This document shows positions 26,372-38,350 of a stretch of 64,000 bases of DNA, piece by piece (position 1 is the first letter of the stretch; every line of letters begins with the position of its first letter). The translations under genes and the position numbers were made by a program. A model generated the notes under the pieces. That model was not told the origin of the DNA. It made no database searches and worked only from the letters and a program-made list of their open reading frames with translations. The DNA is from Podarcis erhardii (lineage: Eukaryota): assembly GCA_964252035.1 (NCBI GenBank), contig OZ176200.1, one strand, 5' to 3'.

Positions 26372-26750
26372 GGTACATCTAAACCAGTTTCTCCCCTTCA
26401 AAAAAAGAAAAGAAAAAGGCCACAGTCAAGTACCTAGCTGGTGTAGGGGTCCCTATCTTGACTTGTTACATTTTAGCTTGCCTTTCTTCGAAGAAGGTCA
26501 GTTTCTCTACTGGTCTATCTATCATGCAGCAGCAGAATTCACACACAGAATAAAAAGTGCAAGGAAGTCTCAAGGATGCCTTTTTAAAATCCTGTGCAAG
26601 TGTACAAAATACTCACCTGGTGAGTGCCTCAGAAACAAAGTGTGGATGCCTAAAGAAGTCACCATTTCCCCTTTAAAGTATGGGGCGACTTTCCTTGTCA
26701 ACTCCTGTGAATGTTCTGAAGGGAAATGTAGAAAATCTCTACACATGGGT

Positions 26751-26785
<35 letters not shown>

Positions 26786-26795
26786 TACACACACA
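26751..26795 (+). repeat. Compound (CT)n(CA)n microsatellite
   Basis: Direct inspection. Confidence 0.95.
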
Positions 26796-26869
26796 TGTAC
26801 GTGTATATCCTGCTCTCAGGGCAGCTAGCAATAATTAAGATCAACTGTAAAATTAAATTAAATTAAAAA

Positions 26870-26967
26870 ATAGGAATCATTGAGTTGGAAGGGACCCCAA
26901 GGGTCATCTAGCTCAACCCCCTGCAATGCAGGAATCTCAGCTGAAGCATCCATGACAGACAGCCATC
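26870..26967 (-). mobile_element. CR1 LINE extreme 3' end
   Basis: AGGAATCATTGAGTTGGAAGGGACCCCAAGGGTCATCTAG is the reverse complement of the canonical CR1 terminus (..TTCCAACTC.ATGATTC..). Confidence 0.75.
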
Positions 26968-27136
26968 ATAAAAACAGAGAAAGGTGCAGCAGATAAAACA
27001 GAGGCACCGGATAAACACTTATTTATCCATTAAATTGAACCCCTAAACAAAGAGGAAGTTTCTTGCCACATAGCACAGTACCATGAGAGAGGGAACCGGT
27101 CAAACAACCCAGGGCAAAGAGTTCCACATTCTAGTA

Positions 27137-27325
27137 GGCTGCACACACACTATACATTCAAAGCACATTCAAAGCACATTTCCCCTCTCAAAGAATTCTG
27201 GGCACTGCAGTTTGTTAAGAGTTGCTGGGAACTGTAACTCTGTGAGGGGTAAACGGCTGTGCCCAGAATTCTTTGAGGGAAAGAAAGCCCTTAAAATGTG
27301 TGTTGTTAGCATAGTGTGTACGAGT
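27137..27325. mobile_element. Palindromic MITE (PIF/Harbinger-like termini)
   Basis: Inverted arms CTCAAAGAATTCTGGGCAC / GTGCCCAGAATTCTTTGAG; family members at 60324 and 61092. Confidence 0.7.
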
Positions 27326-28956
27326 ACTTAGGGACAGCCACAGAGAAGACCCTTTCCTCTCATACATGGCATGCTGCAAGCATAGCACTGGCTCTTAGTC
27401 ATTTCCTTCTGTTATCTAAAAAAAAATACAGTAGTGTAAAGCAGGAACATAAAAGCATATGCAAAGTGAACAGACTAACTACACATACATCTAACAGAAG
27501 CATGATGCTGCTTAATAAAAGGATCTTTGAGAGCAAAGGTAGCTTAACGCTTTCCCCACCTGTCAGCTCTCTGCTCCAAATAGCTCCTTCCTCCAGGCAA
27601 GTGGGAACTTGACAAATTGCAATAGAGAATGACAAAAAGAGTTAAGTACCCCTCCCCATCTGTGGCTCCTCTCTTCTAAATTCCTTCCTTCAAGAAAGAA
27701 AGAAGTCAGGGCTCTATTACAAACAATCTTCAGTTAACATATTCTCAAGTACAGAAAGGTACTGTAAGGAAGACAAGACACAAAACCATGTTCTTTTAAA
27801 CACACTTGAGTCCCTGACCCCCTTCACTATCGGCATGCAAGTGTTTTATGCAGCGGTTCACCTTCCTCTGCTGCCAAACTGTCCTTCCTCCCTATATAAG
27901 GACTATGGGGGGCGGGAGGGGGGAAGAGAAGACAATCTCATTGGGATGTTCATGCCTAGGTTGGGCCCCTGCTGAGATCTTGCTCCCCACACCTGGGCGG
28001 CATCTTTTATTAACCTGCCTAGCCTTAGCTCTCTCAGCGGTGGGCCCCAGCCCCTCCAAGTCACGAGGCTCAGAGTAATCGCGCCCTTCAGGGCAGGCGC
28101 GTGTAATCATTTGGGACAGTCAAATTTCTTTACATTTTCCAATGAATATTTATGCAATTTGTGCAGAACCACCAGAGCTGCAACACCACCGCGAGCGCAA
28201 TGGGAAATGTCAGCACAGCCCCACCCCCACCCAAGGCTCCCTGTGGCACTTGCACACAGGAGATGCATCTCATCTCCCTCACACATGGCATGGGCAGGGT
28301 GGGTGTGTATTGCACGTACGCACACACACACATACAAAAACATTCCCACTTACAAGCTTCTCCATGTCATAAAGCCAGCAGCTGAATTCCTGCTTGAAAC
28401 ACACACACATACACCAAAGATAAACCCCAACTCCCCCAAAAGTCCATGCACAGCTTACTGATGGAGGGTTGAATGACCTGGCTACCTGCCTGGACAGTGA
28501 AGTTGGCTCTACAGAGTCCTACAGTGCTTCAGTCATGAGAAAACAGTGAACTGTGTCCACTTCTTTGGAAGGGCTCCTTTGCCTATTAAGTCAGAAATCA
28601 CATAGGTGCTGCTCTTTTCAGCATGCTGTATAGATAGGGGAAGGAATTACCTGTTAATTTTCTGCCTAGTGCGCTATTGTTAAAAGTCCCAAAATTCTTA
28701 TACAGTATTGGGTTTGGTTGTGAAAAAGAGGTTGAAACTAATGTGCATGGGGATATATGACAACAAGAAGAAGATGAGGAAAATAATATAGAGAAGATTG
28801 AACAGAACTGTGAATACTATTGGAAAGAACTGTGAACATTAAAGCAGCAGCAAGAGAGATATTTGGATCCCTTTCTGAGCTTGAAGCATGGGTACCCCCA
28901 ACAAAAATTTAAAAATTTGGCTGTGTAATTTGGAACTAATGTGATTTGATTGGTTT

Positions 28957-28958
<2 letters not shown>

Positions 28959-28989
<31 letters not shown>

Positions 28990-29568
28990 TTATTATTTGT
29001 ACCCCGCCCATCTGGCTGGGTTTCCCCAGCCACTCTGGGCGGCTTCCAACAGAGATAAAAAATACACTAAAATGTCACATATTAAAAACTTCCCTGAACA
29101 GGGCTGCCTTCAGATGTCTTCTGAATGTCAGGTAGTTGTCCATCGCCTTGACATCCGATGGGAGGGCATTCCACAGGGCGGGCGCCACCACTGAGAAGGC
29201 CCTCTGCCTGGTTCCCTGCAACTTGGCCTCTCGCAGTGAGGGAACCGCCAGAAGGCCCTCGGAGCTGGACCTCAGTGTCCGGGCAGAACGATGGGGGAGG
29301 AGACGCTCCTTCAGATATACTGGACCGAGGCCATTTAGGGCTTTAAAGGTCAGCACCAACACTTTGAATTGTGCTCGGAAACGTACTGGGAGCCAATGTA
29401 GGTCTTTCAAGACCGGTGTTATATGGTCTCGGCGGCCGCTCCCAGTCACTAGTCTAGCTGCCGCATTCTGTATTAGTTGTAGTTTCCGGGTCACCTTCAA
29501 AGGTAGCCCCACGTAGAGCGCATTGCAGTAGTCCAAGCGGGAGATAACCAGAGCATGTACCACTCTGG
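28959..29568 (-). mobile_element. Young 5'-truncated L2 LINE with uninterrupted ORF2 C-terminus and (TTA)n tail
   Basis: ORF 29075-29563 ([20 protein letters not shown]...[13 protein letters not shown]...[14 protein letters not shown]) is L2 RT C-terminus; short 3' UTR; (TAA)n on plus at 28959-28989. Confidence 0.95.
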
Positions 29569-29675
29569 AAAAAAAAAGAAACTAATGTGCATGGGGAATG
29601 GCATGGATAGACTAGAATGTCCATTGAAGGCTGGTAAAAAAGTCTCTATATGCCCTATTACAAAGGAGAGTCTAG

Positions 29676-29810
29676 CAGCCTTCCTCAACCTGTGGGTCCC
29701 CAGATGTTGTCCTACAGCTCCCATCACCCCTAGCTAGCAAGGCCAGAGTTCAGGGATGATGGGAGTTGTAGTCTAACAACATTTGGGGACCCACAGGTTG
29801 AGAACCGCTG
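29676..29810. mobile_element. Palindromic hAT-type MITE
   Basis: CAGC..TCTCAACCTGTGGGTCCCCAGATGTTG mirrored by CAACATTTGGGGACCCACAGGTTGAGAACCGCTG. Confidence 0.8.
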
Positions 29811-30493
29811 GAAGGGAGTTATAAACAACTTTGTTTGGGAGTGGAAGAGGAGAAGGTTCTTGAAGGAGAAGGTTCTTGAAGAAACAGTACACATTCATCC
29901 TTTAAATGCTTCTCTACAGGACTATAACCAGTTTGTAGCCCACTAGAAGAAAACCAGCCAGTTCATGGCAGCCCTGCAGGCACTGACTCAGCTAACAGCC
30001 AGCCCAGCTTTAGAAATACTGTGTAGTTTGCAAAAACATTAACATACCCACTCAGAGTTTTGCCATCTTGCCCAACCAGGAAAAGTGGAGCAATAACCCC
30101 CCACCCAGCCCCAAAAGGTGCACAAATCCTAGGAATAAACAAAACTCAACCTACAACTGGTGTTTAACAAGGTGATGACTGTGATTTCATTATTTGGTGA
30201 GGCTTCCCTGTCAAACATCCCTGTCAAACACCTGCAGATGTGATCCAAGACTCTTTTTGAAAAGAAATTTACCAGGCCATAATAATAAAAGTGATGTGTT
30301 AACGAACAAATGCTTACTCAACAGAATATCCAAGGTCAGATTAACAATTATGACACACAATGAGACAGAACCACCACCATAGTTTTCACATCCTAAAAAA
30401 CACAAATTTCAGTCCCTTACAGGAAGGAGAAGAGTGTAGGTAGAAACATCTTTTTTTTTTTAGTCTACACAAAACATTGTCCAGAGAAGTTGT

Positions 30494-30800
30494 CTGTTAT
30501 TTTTGCTGCAGCAAGCTAACACAAGAGCCTTGTAGCACTTTAAAAGATGAACGAATGTGTTCTGATGTAAGCTTTTGTGGACTACAGACCATTTCATCAG
30601 ATGCACAAAGTGTTATCCTGAGTCACATGGTGGCGGGAGACTGTAAATAATGAGGTCAGAGGGAAATGAAATCCAGAAAACAGAGGCAGTGACAAACATA
30701 TAATTAACAGTGGTCATTTACAATGATCACCGTAATTACACAATTATCACTGTCTCTATACTTTCTGCATTTCATTTCCCTCTGACCTTACTGTTCACAA
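30494..30800. mobile_element. Penelope-like element remnant with long inverted arms
   Basis: AAGAGCCTTGTAGCACTTTAAAAGA...AAGCTTTTGTGGACTACAG.CCATTTCATCAGATGCA resembles recalled reptile Penelope pseudo-LTR sequence; palindrome at 30651-30790. Confidence 0.55.
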
Positions 30801-30828
30801 TTCCGTACACACTACAACTGTCTCTGTG

Positions 30829-31513
30829 TGTATACCTGTTACTCAGGTACTGTCTTTAGCCCCATGGAGATGATATGAATGGGATGGTCAGATCCTGAGG
30901 AGGAATGGGGAGAGCTCAGGGTCTTGGAGCTAGTAGGATGAAGGAGGTGAAATTAGGACCCCAAGAATTCTCCAAGCCCAAGGAGGAGGCCAGTAGTCCA
31001 GGAGTGGAGTGCTGGATCCAGGGAAGGGACCAAGCAGGTTGACAGAGGAATGTTCCACCCATGTGAAATCAGACATCCCATGTCAGATACTTCCTGCTGT
31101 AGAGCTGCCTGTGGCACCTCCTCCAGTTAGTGAGGAATCTCCTCCTTGAGCAGAGGCGACTGAGAATAAACTGGATGCTGAGTGGCACCAACACCACCTT
31201 CATCTCCAAGGACATGGAGACACCAGTGCCTCACAGATCCACCCCACTCAAAAGAGGGTGTGTTTGGCTTCCCTGTCCCAAGACTCTGGCCACTTGCCAC
31301 TCTAAGAGCTGTACCCACCCGGCACTTCAAAAGGAAGGTGCTGGGTGCATGTTGGATCTATGTCTTAGCTTACGCTTAGCCATGTGCCTCTTATGGACTA
31401 GCTGCACCTTGTACCTATGAACCAATTTAATTCATGCATTAAAGCCCTTGGCAGCAATAGAGCTGGGTGTTTGAGTTCTTTACTTGGCATTGAGAGTCAG
31501 GGCACACATCACA
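30829..31513 (+). mobile_element. Possible solo LTR (Gypsy-like)
   Basis: TG...CA ends, purine-rich 5' half, ATTAAA about 70 bp before the end, candidate 4-bp TSD TGTG (low complexity, weak). Confidence 0.3.
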
Positions 31514-31640
31514 TGTGGGGAGGTGGTAGTTGTGCTTAGCTCCTGCTTGTGGCCTTCCCATGGGGCATCTGTTTGGCTACTGTGAGAACAGGATGCTAGG
31601 CGAACTGAGCCTGATCTGGCAAGGCTCTTCCTATGCTAGA
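31514..31640 (+). mobile_element. CR1-like 3' end fragment
   Basis: GGCATCTGTTTGGCTACTGTGAGAACAGGATGCT...CCTGATCTGGCAAGGCTCTTCCTATG; same family as 16094 and 62514. Confidence 0.55.
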
Positions 31641-33725
31641 GTTCTATCCACAGATCAGAAACCCTGGAGGGATTTAATTTCCAGCTTGGGGTAGGGGCAG
31701 GGAAGGAAGTGGGGCCTTGTGGGTTAGAGTATCAAACCAGGCCAGGGCTCCAGGGCTCTCGCTCTTCTCTTTCTAGGAAGATGGGATGCAGAGGCCCTGG
31801 CTGTGAATTAAGCCCCCCATGAAGTGAGTGCAGGTAAGGTTTACATTAAATGGAAAAACAAATTATGAATCGTAGGAGCAGGCCAATGCGGCGCAGCACG
31901 AAGCTGTCTGTCAGGGGCCGGCGCCTCATGAATATTCAGTGCTCAAGTTCAGCACTAAATCTCATTGGCATGTCAGGGACCATTAGCTAGACAAGGTGTG
32001 CTTGTGTGTATGTGGGTAGGTGGGAAAAGAGATAGAAAAGGACAGCAAACTCTCATACACTCAGGTAAAGAGAAGAGGCTTGATTTGAGGCCTACATGGG
32101 AATTACCCCAGGACAAACCAATGGCATCTGAAACTCCCCTTGCCAGACAGGTCTGTTTTGAGATAAGGGCAATGTCTAAACACTGGTAACATGTCACTAC
32201 CTTGGTTTATAAAACACAACTCCCTAGTAGCAGCAGCCATAACAGTATGGCCTCTGCCTTCAGCCAGATGGTCAACAAGACCAGCAGCAATCAACTTCGG
32301 CTTAAAGGAGAGGACCTTCCTGGCTTCTACCATTCTCCCCCCACCTTTGGGCTATTTTCTCAAGTTGAAGCACACAACCATGGCAATTTCAAAGTCACCT
32401 TTCATATTAAGTCTCCAGTTCTGTGCATAGTTACTTGGGAGTTAGATCCCTTTGAAATCAGTAGGGCTTCCTTTAAGTCAGCAGGAACACGGTCAGGCTA
32501 TTAGTTAAAATTAGGCTTCCCCAGTGCTTGTTCACTTCAGGGTTATCTGATCTGACAATCTGATTCCCAGATAATTACTCAGAACCCATGCCATGAAGAA
32601 TTCCCTGTCAAGAATTTTTTAAAATAGAGCCATTTTTTTTCCACAATAACTTTAACTTAACATGCAACCATAAGTCAAAGGTTGATAACAGATTGAGCTG
32701 TTTTGATGTATTTCAGCACAATTTTGCTCTGGGGACACGTGGGTTACAAATTCAGTCGCTTTCCCCCTCATCCCCAGCAGATAGCAGCTCAGCATGCAAA
32801 CAGTCACTAGTTAGCTGCTATTTGGGATATATCCCACCCAAATTAGCACAATTACATTTAGGGGGTGAAAGGTTCTATAGTATCTGCCACCAATGCATTC
32901 ATGTAATTCCAGTACAGCCTACAATCTCCAGGGAGCATAGACATGAGGGTGGGAGGCAGGAAGAGATCTCCTGGAGTATCAGCTACAAAGGAGAACCTTA
33001 ATGTTATACAACGGACAAAAGGTTATATTTGCATACATTTAAATAAGCCAATATATCCAGATTAGCAAAGCTATCGTAATCTTTGTCCCCTAGAACAGGT
33101 GGTGTACCAGAACCTGGCAAAATTCATTCCATACAGAAGTTCCATGAAGATTGTGCATCAGTTTGGTCCCTGCATGATTTGTTCTGCATCAAAGGAAGAC
33201 CCATTGCTGACTATAGTGAGATGCTTTCCCTTTCAGTAGGTATTGGGTTTCCCCGCATCTGACTGTTGCAATAAACAAAATTACTCCAGCTCAAATTCAT
33301 TGCAATGCTGCCTATGGCCAATTCATGTATAAATAAAAATTTTATACATACAATGTTTCTCGGTTCTTTGGTAACTTAATGCATCAGCCACTCAGGCCAA
33401 AATTAAGCGAAGTCCTCCATGTACACCAGTTCTAAATGTGTCGAGCCTCCTAGTTTTTTTACATTTGTTTAGCCCCAAGTAGTACAACAGGAGCAGTGCA
33501 CACATGCACACGCACACAATAAGAGAGAAAGATAAAGTATGCAGGCACAGAAAGGGGTCCCCCCCCCCACTCAGGTAAACAACAGATGGGGGAGGAGATT
33601 TTCATCAGGAAAAGGGACTGGTGGGGGGAATCTCTCTCATCTAATTTTGCCTACAGAGAATAACAAGCAGCAACAGCATCCCTGCTCAGAATATTTCCAA
33701 TCCACATTAGAAGCCCAAGTCACTT

Positions 33726-33922
33726 GGGGAAGGGTCTTGCTGGGTGACAGAGCATCTATTTTGCATGTAGAAAGTCGAAAATTCAATGCCCAGCATTTCC
33801 CAGTAGGCATGGGAGAGACTCCTACCTGAAAACCAGGGCAGTTTGTTTTCCATTAGTGATGACAATACCATCCTAGATGGATGAAAGTCCTCACCTGGTA
33901 TAAGGAAGTTTCCTGTGTTCCT
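33726..33922 (+). mobile_element. Degenerate tRNA-derived SINE (Squam2-like)
   Basis: Colinear with 944-1133: AGAGCATCTATTTTGCATG ... CCTGAAAACC ... GTATAAGGAAGTTTCCTGTGTTCC. Confidence 0.65.
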
Positions 33923-35077
33923 TTGTCAAAGGAAGTGAAGAAGGGGAGGTGAGGACCAGCCAGAATCAAAATGCTTTGAGTGGGAGCTTCCCCTTCCATC
34001 CCTTGAAATATGCACAAATACACCTCATCTATTTAAATGGATATATGCAAGTGCACAATGGTTAGTGAACCTGCAAAGTCAAAGGATCAAGATATGCCGC
34101 CATTGTGGTGGAGGGATTGGGGTGTGCTGGAGTACAGGGATGCTGTTTGCAGGAGCTAGCAACCCCAACTCCTCAAAAGCTCAGGACTCGTGCTTGGGCA
34201 GCTGCTGCTAGCCATTCTTTTGTTCAGTCCCCCCCCTCCCATGCATAGCATAAGCTGTGAGGTGCCCACTGGGGAAGGGTGCATTTCTGGGAGCAGCCTC
34301 TACCCCCACCAGGCATGAAAAGGCTTGCCCTAAGGGAGCTTGCAGTCTGGCCAGCCACTTTGCTGAGGCAAAAGGAAAGAGTCCGCCAATTACACCGATA
34401 TGTGTAAGCTCTTAATCCTTCTGAAGATTATCCCAAGGTCAGGGCGTCAGTGAATCCCCCAAAGCACAGCCTATGGTGCTGCTGGCAGCTGGGCAAGGCT
34501 GATAACAGCCAGAGCTGGCTAGGGATCATGGAAGAAGCCTTGCTAAAGAATCAGCCCCACCATGCTGCTGGTCCCAACAGAGGCCTGCAGGAAACCAGGA
34601 GGCCTTCAAGCTGCCTAGGAGGGAATCTAGCTCTTGTTTTCCCCAGCACTCGCCGCCCAATGCGCACATGCTTTGTAAAGGAGCCCAGTGCCTCCCTCCT
34701 CCTCCTCCTCCTCCTCTTTCAGCTTGAGCCGGAAGACACCAGCATGTCAAACAGTCAAGTTCTTCAAGGGCAGAAAGAATTCAGAGAAGCCATCCATTCA
34801 ACCCCTTTGCTCTGCCCATCTATGTTAGAAGTCCTCATTAACTGCATCGAGCCACTGCACAGGTTCTGCTCAAAAAAGTGCCCTTTCCAAACAGCCCCCA
34901 ATCTGGATCTGCCCATTTCTCCAAAAGCAAGGTATGCTGGTGATAAAGGCTGCAATCCTCTGCAGAATGACTTAGACACAATGGGGTGTACTTTGGAGTA
35001 AACATGCATGATTAGGCTGTAAACCCCTTCCCTTTGGAAAATGGAGACCTGGATTGTAACTGGTGAAGGTCTAGGGC

Positions 35078-35192
35078 CAGCCTTTTCCATCCTGGTACCC
35101 TCCAGATGCTTTGAACTACAACTCCTATGCTGGCTAGGGTTGTTGGGAATTGTAACTGAAATCACCTAGAGGGCACCAGGTTGGGGAACTGT
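35078..35192. mobile_element. Degenerate palindromic hAT-type MITE
   Basis: CCTGGTACCCTCCAGATG mirrored by CACCTAGAGGGCACCAGG. Confidence 0.6.
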
Positions 35193-38100
35193 GGCCTAAG
35201 CTTCACTCTCAGCCCCTGCTTCCTCCTCTACTGCCTCCTCCTGCTTCATAAAAGAGTCCTCTCTGGAGCTCTTATATACAACTACTATTATAAAACTGAA
35301 GAGCATCTGTGGCACTTCCTTCATTCAGTGGCCAGGTGTGCAATTTTCAGAGCGGTAAGCCAAGAGAGCATTAAAACTCCATGCATAACAATCTGCATCT
35401 GAAAGGTAGCCTTCCATCCCACAGAGAACCCTGTTACAACCCAGGAGTTTTGTCTCCTGAAAATTGCCCACTTCCTGGTACGAGAGCATCAAAGTCCTTG
35501 AACGACAAAAAGGCCAGCCTGATAAGCGTTTCTTGATGGCCAAAGAAAGAACGCTGATTACCTAATTAATGAGTCTGTTCCTTCTGAGGAAGTTGTACAA
35601 AGCCTTCTGCACAATCTGAGCCCTGCCAAAGCTAGGCTGGGAAGGGGAATACATATTCCGAAGTCTGTTATCATTGTTATACTTAACTGCCTGTGATAAA
35701 GTTCAAAAAACACCTCACTTTTGTCAAGAAAAACTGGTTGAAAACTCTTAAGCTCCATTATCACTGGCCCTCAACCCATGCGAGGTGCGGCAGAGGGAGG
35801 CGTTTTAAAAATAGGAAGTTTTGCTAAGGGCCAGGCCTGGGTTATGGACAAATCTGATTCTTTTAACAGGCACACCACATCTGTCTGGGATGCTGCTTGT
35901 TACACGAGTCTAGCTTAGGGAATATTTGTGTATATTAATTGTCACTAAAAGTAGTATAGGTGTGTAGCAATTGTTTCCTATACAGTTTTGCATTTGCCTT
36001 AGAAATTCAAATATTAAGCCCTGGTGCCAAAAACCATGACACATTACAGTGATGCAGAGTGTATATTCTGAAGGATGGGGGAACCAGTGGCTTTCCAGAC
36101 AGTGATGGGACTCCCAACTCCCTTCCGCCCCTGCCAACATGGCCAGATATGGGAAGAGCTGTTGTCCAACATTATCTGGAAGGTCACAGGTCACCACTGC
36201 TCTAAAATGCAAGTGTTTATTGCATATTTCTAAAAGGGAGAAAACCCAAAGATCCTGCTGTAGCTCAAGTCAGAGGGGTGGGCAACCTCTGGCCTGTGGG
36301 TCAAAAGCTGCCCCATGGTCTCTATATTTAGCCCTTGAGACTTTCCAAGCAAAGTGACTCACCAGCCCTACTGCCTGTCCTCCTCAGGTGCTTCTGCCCG
36401 ATTGGAACATGTCCTTGAATGAAGATCATGTTTCTTGTTTGCCAGAATGGAGGTGGAGGTGAGTTTAGAAGGCAGATTACTGTGTACAAATTTAGAAGTC
36501 GCATCGGTTGCTTTGCCTACTTTTGTCTCCGGCCCCATGCAACGCTGGCAGGCCAACCCCAGGTGGCTGTCCATTAGGCTGCAAAGGGTTCCCCACCCCT
36601 GGCACCTTCTTGTAGGTAACCCGGTGAATGGCGTGGCATAAATACAGCAAATACGAACAATCTCATCAAACTCTGGATAAAAAGAGATGACAAGAAGCAG
36701 CAGGCTACCCTAAAGGATTAAGATCCAATTCACTCAGGCTTCTTAGCCCCCCTCAGCTGCATTTACCCATTACGGGCAGACCTGAGGCTAAACAGTAAGA
36801 TCGAGGGCTCTACAGTAAGATCAGGCTGCATCTTGTGGCAGTAAGTAGTTTGTTCCCTCCAACTTCTCCTTTGATTTCCCCCTGAAAACAGACCTCCTTT
36901 GTGTAAGGTGTCCTTTACATATTTTTACCTCGGATTTTTTGACAACGCTTTGGCACCGTTGTAGATGGATAGATAGCTGCTGTCACCTCCTACTCTTTGA
37001 GAGCTTTTACCAGCAACACCTGAGGGAAAAGCAGCACTAGGGTTATTAATAACTGAGGAGGGGGCTGGCTTCATTTGACTCTGAAACTGCTGTGGTGCTG
37101 AATCGCTCTTTTAAAATCTGCTTTTAATCAGAGAGAAAAGAAAAGAAGTTTGGACAATTAAGAGTAATGAGGAGCTTTAAAAAATAGCTCTGGGAAAATT
37201 AGCTGTGCTTTTTACTGCACTTGGAACATTTAAGGAGCTATGTTAATGTGGAATAAAAATCTGTGTGTGCCGTTTGCGTGTTCTCAGAGAACACAGTGGG
37301 GTCCCAGAGAATCAGAGCACTCATGGTCTGGGAGTGTGGAAGGAAGCTACTCACAAGGATCTCAGTTTTTGCATGTGTGTGGCCAGTCGTGGGCAAGGGG
37401 AGAGGAACAAAGGAACCGGCTAAGGCCTTGCCCACTATTGCTCAGGAACATGACTGACAGTTACTTTTAACGCAGGGATGGGCAATACAGTGTGCCTTTC
37501 CAGATGTTGCTGGACTACAACTCCCATCATTCCTGATTATTGGCAATTTTGTCCTCTGAGGAAAACCAAAAAGCAACCCACCTTTTAGTAATCATTGTAC
37601 TTGAAATGGGGAGGGGTGGAGATAGGCAGTGAGTGGGCAATGCCTGACACTTCAGAAGGTAGGAGAATCTCAGTTAGAGTTGCACAATTAGCCACTTCTT
37701 GCTCTCAGAGGCTTAGAGGGCCCCCAGGCCATAGGAGACATCCTTAAATTGTTCCAGGTAATAACTGCTGGAGGACCAAGTGTCAAATCCCCAGTTGTTC
37801 TACTGGCTGTGGCAATGACCCATAGGGACAGGTTTATGGATAAGCATGGATCACGTCAGCACACTTGGACTTCCAAAGGACTAGGAGATGGTGCGATTTA
37901 TGTTCAGTATCATGTTCCACAGTGTTAATTCACCTTGGTGCAGAGATGACATTGTCCTGGCAGCTGAGGACTGACTGTAAATAAGGGTGTGGCAGTCAGA
38001 GAGTGTCGCAATGCCTGGAAGCATAGGCACACACATGTCTTCACACTCTCTAAACTAATAGCAGCCAGTAGTACTAACAAATGCTTATCACCTTGGCTTG

Positions 38101-38293
38101 TGTGCATGACAACATGGATCCACAGATGGCTTAAAGCTGACAGGGCAAGAAGCCTTTAAAAAAACCCCAGATGACAGATAGCTCTACTGAGCCCTACACT
38201 GACATTTAAATCAAAAGGTTCTGAGGCCAGTCAAAACACATTCTGAAAGTAGATGAGAGAGAAATTTGGGCAATTTCCTTGGGCAACTGACTA

Positions 38294-38350
38294 CAGTGGT
38301 ACCTCGGGTTACATAAAAGCATATTAAGTACTTAACCCGAGGTACCACTG
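38294..38350. mobile_element. 57-bp minimal Tc1/mariner MITE
   Basis: Perfect 18-bp TIRs CAGTGGTACCTCGGGTTA / TAACCCGAGGTACCACTG; TA on the left, CA on the right. Confidence 0.9.

Noticed and set aside
26611-26625. ACTCACCTGGTGAGT back-to-back donor palindrome
   Set aside because: No associated exon on either strand; short palindromes are expected by chance
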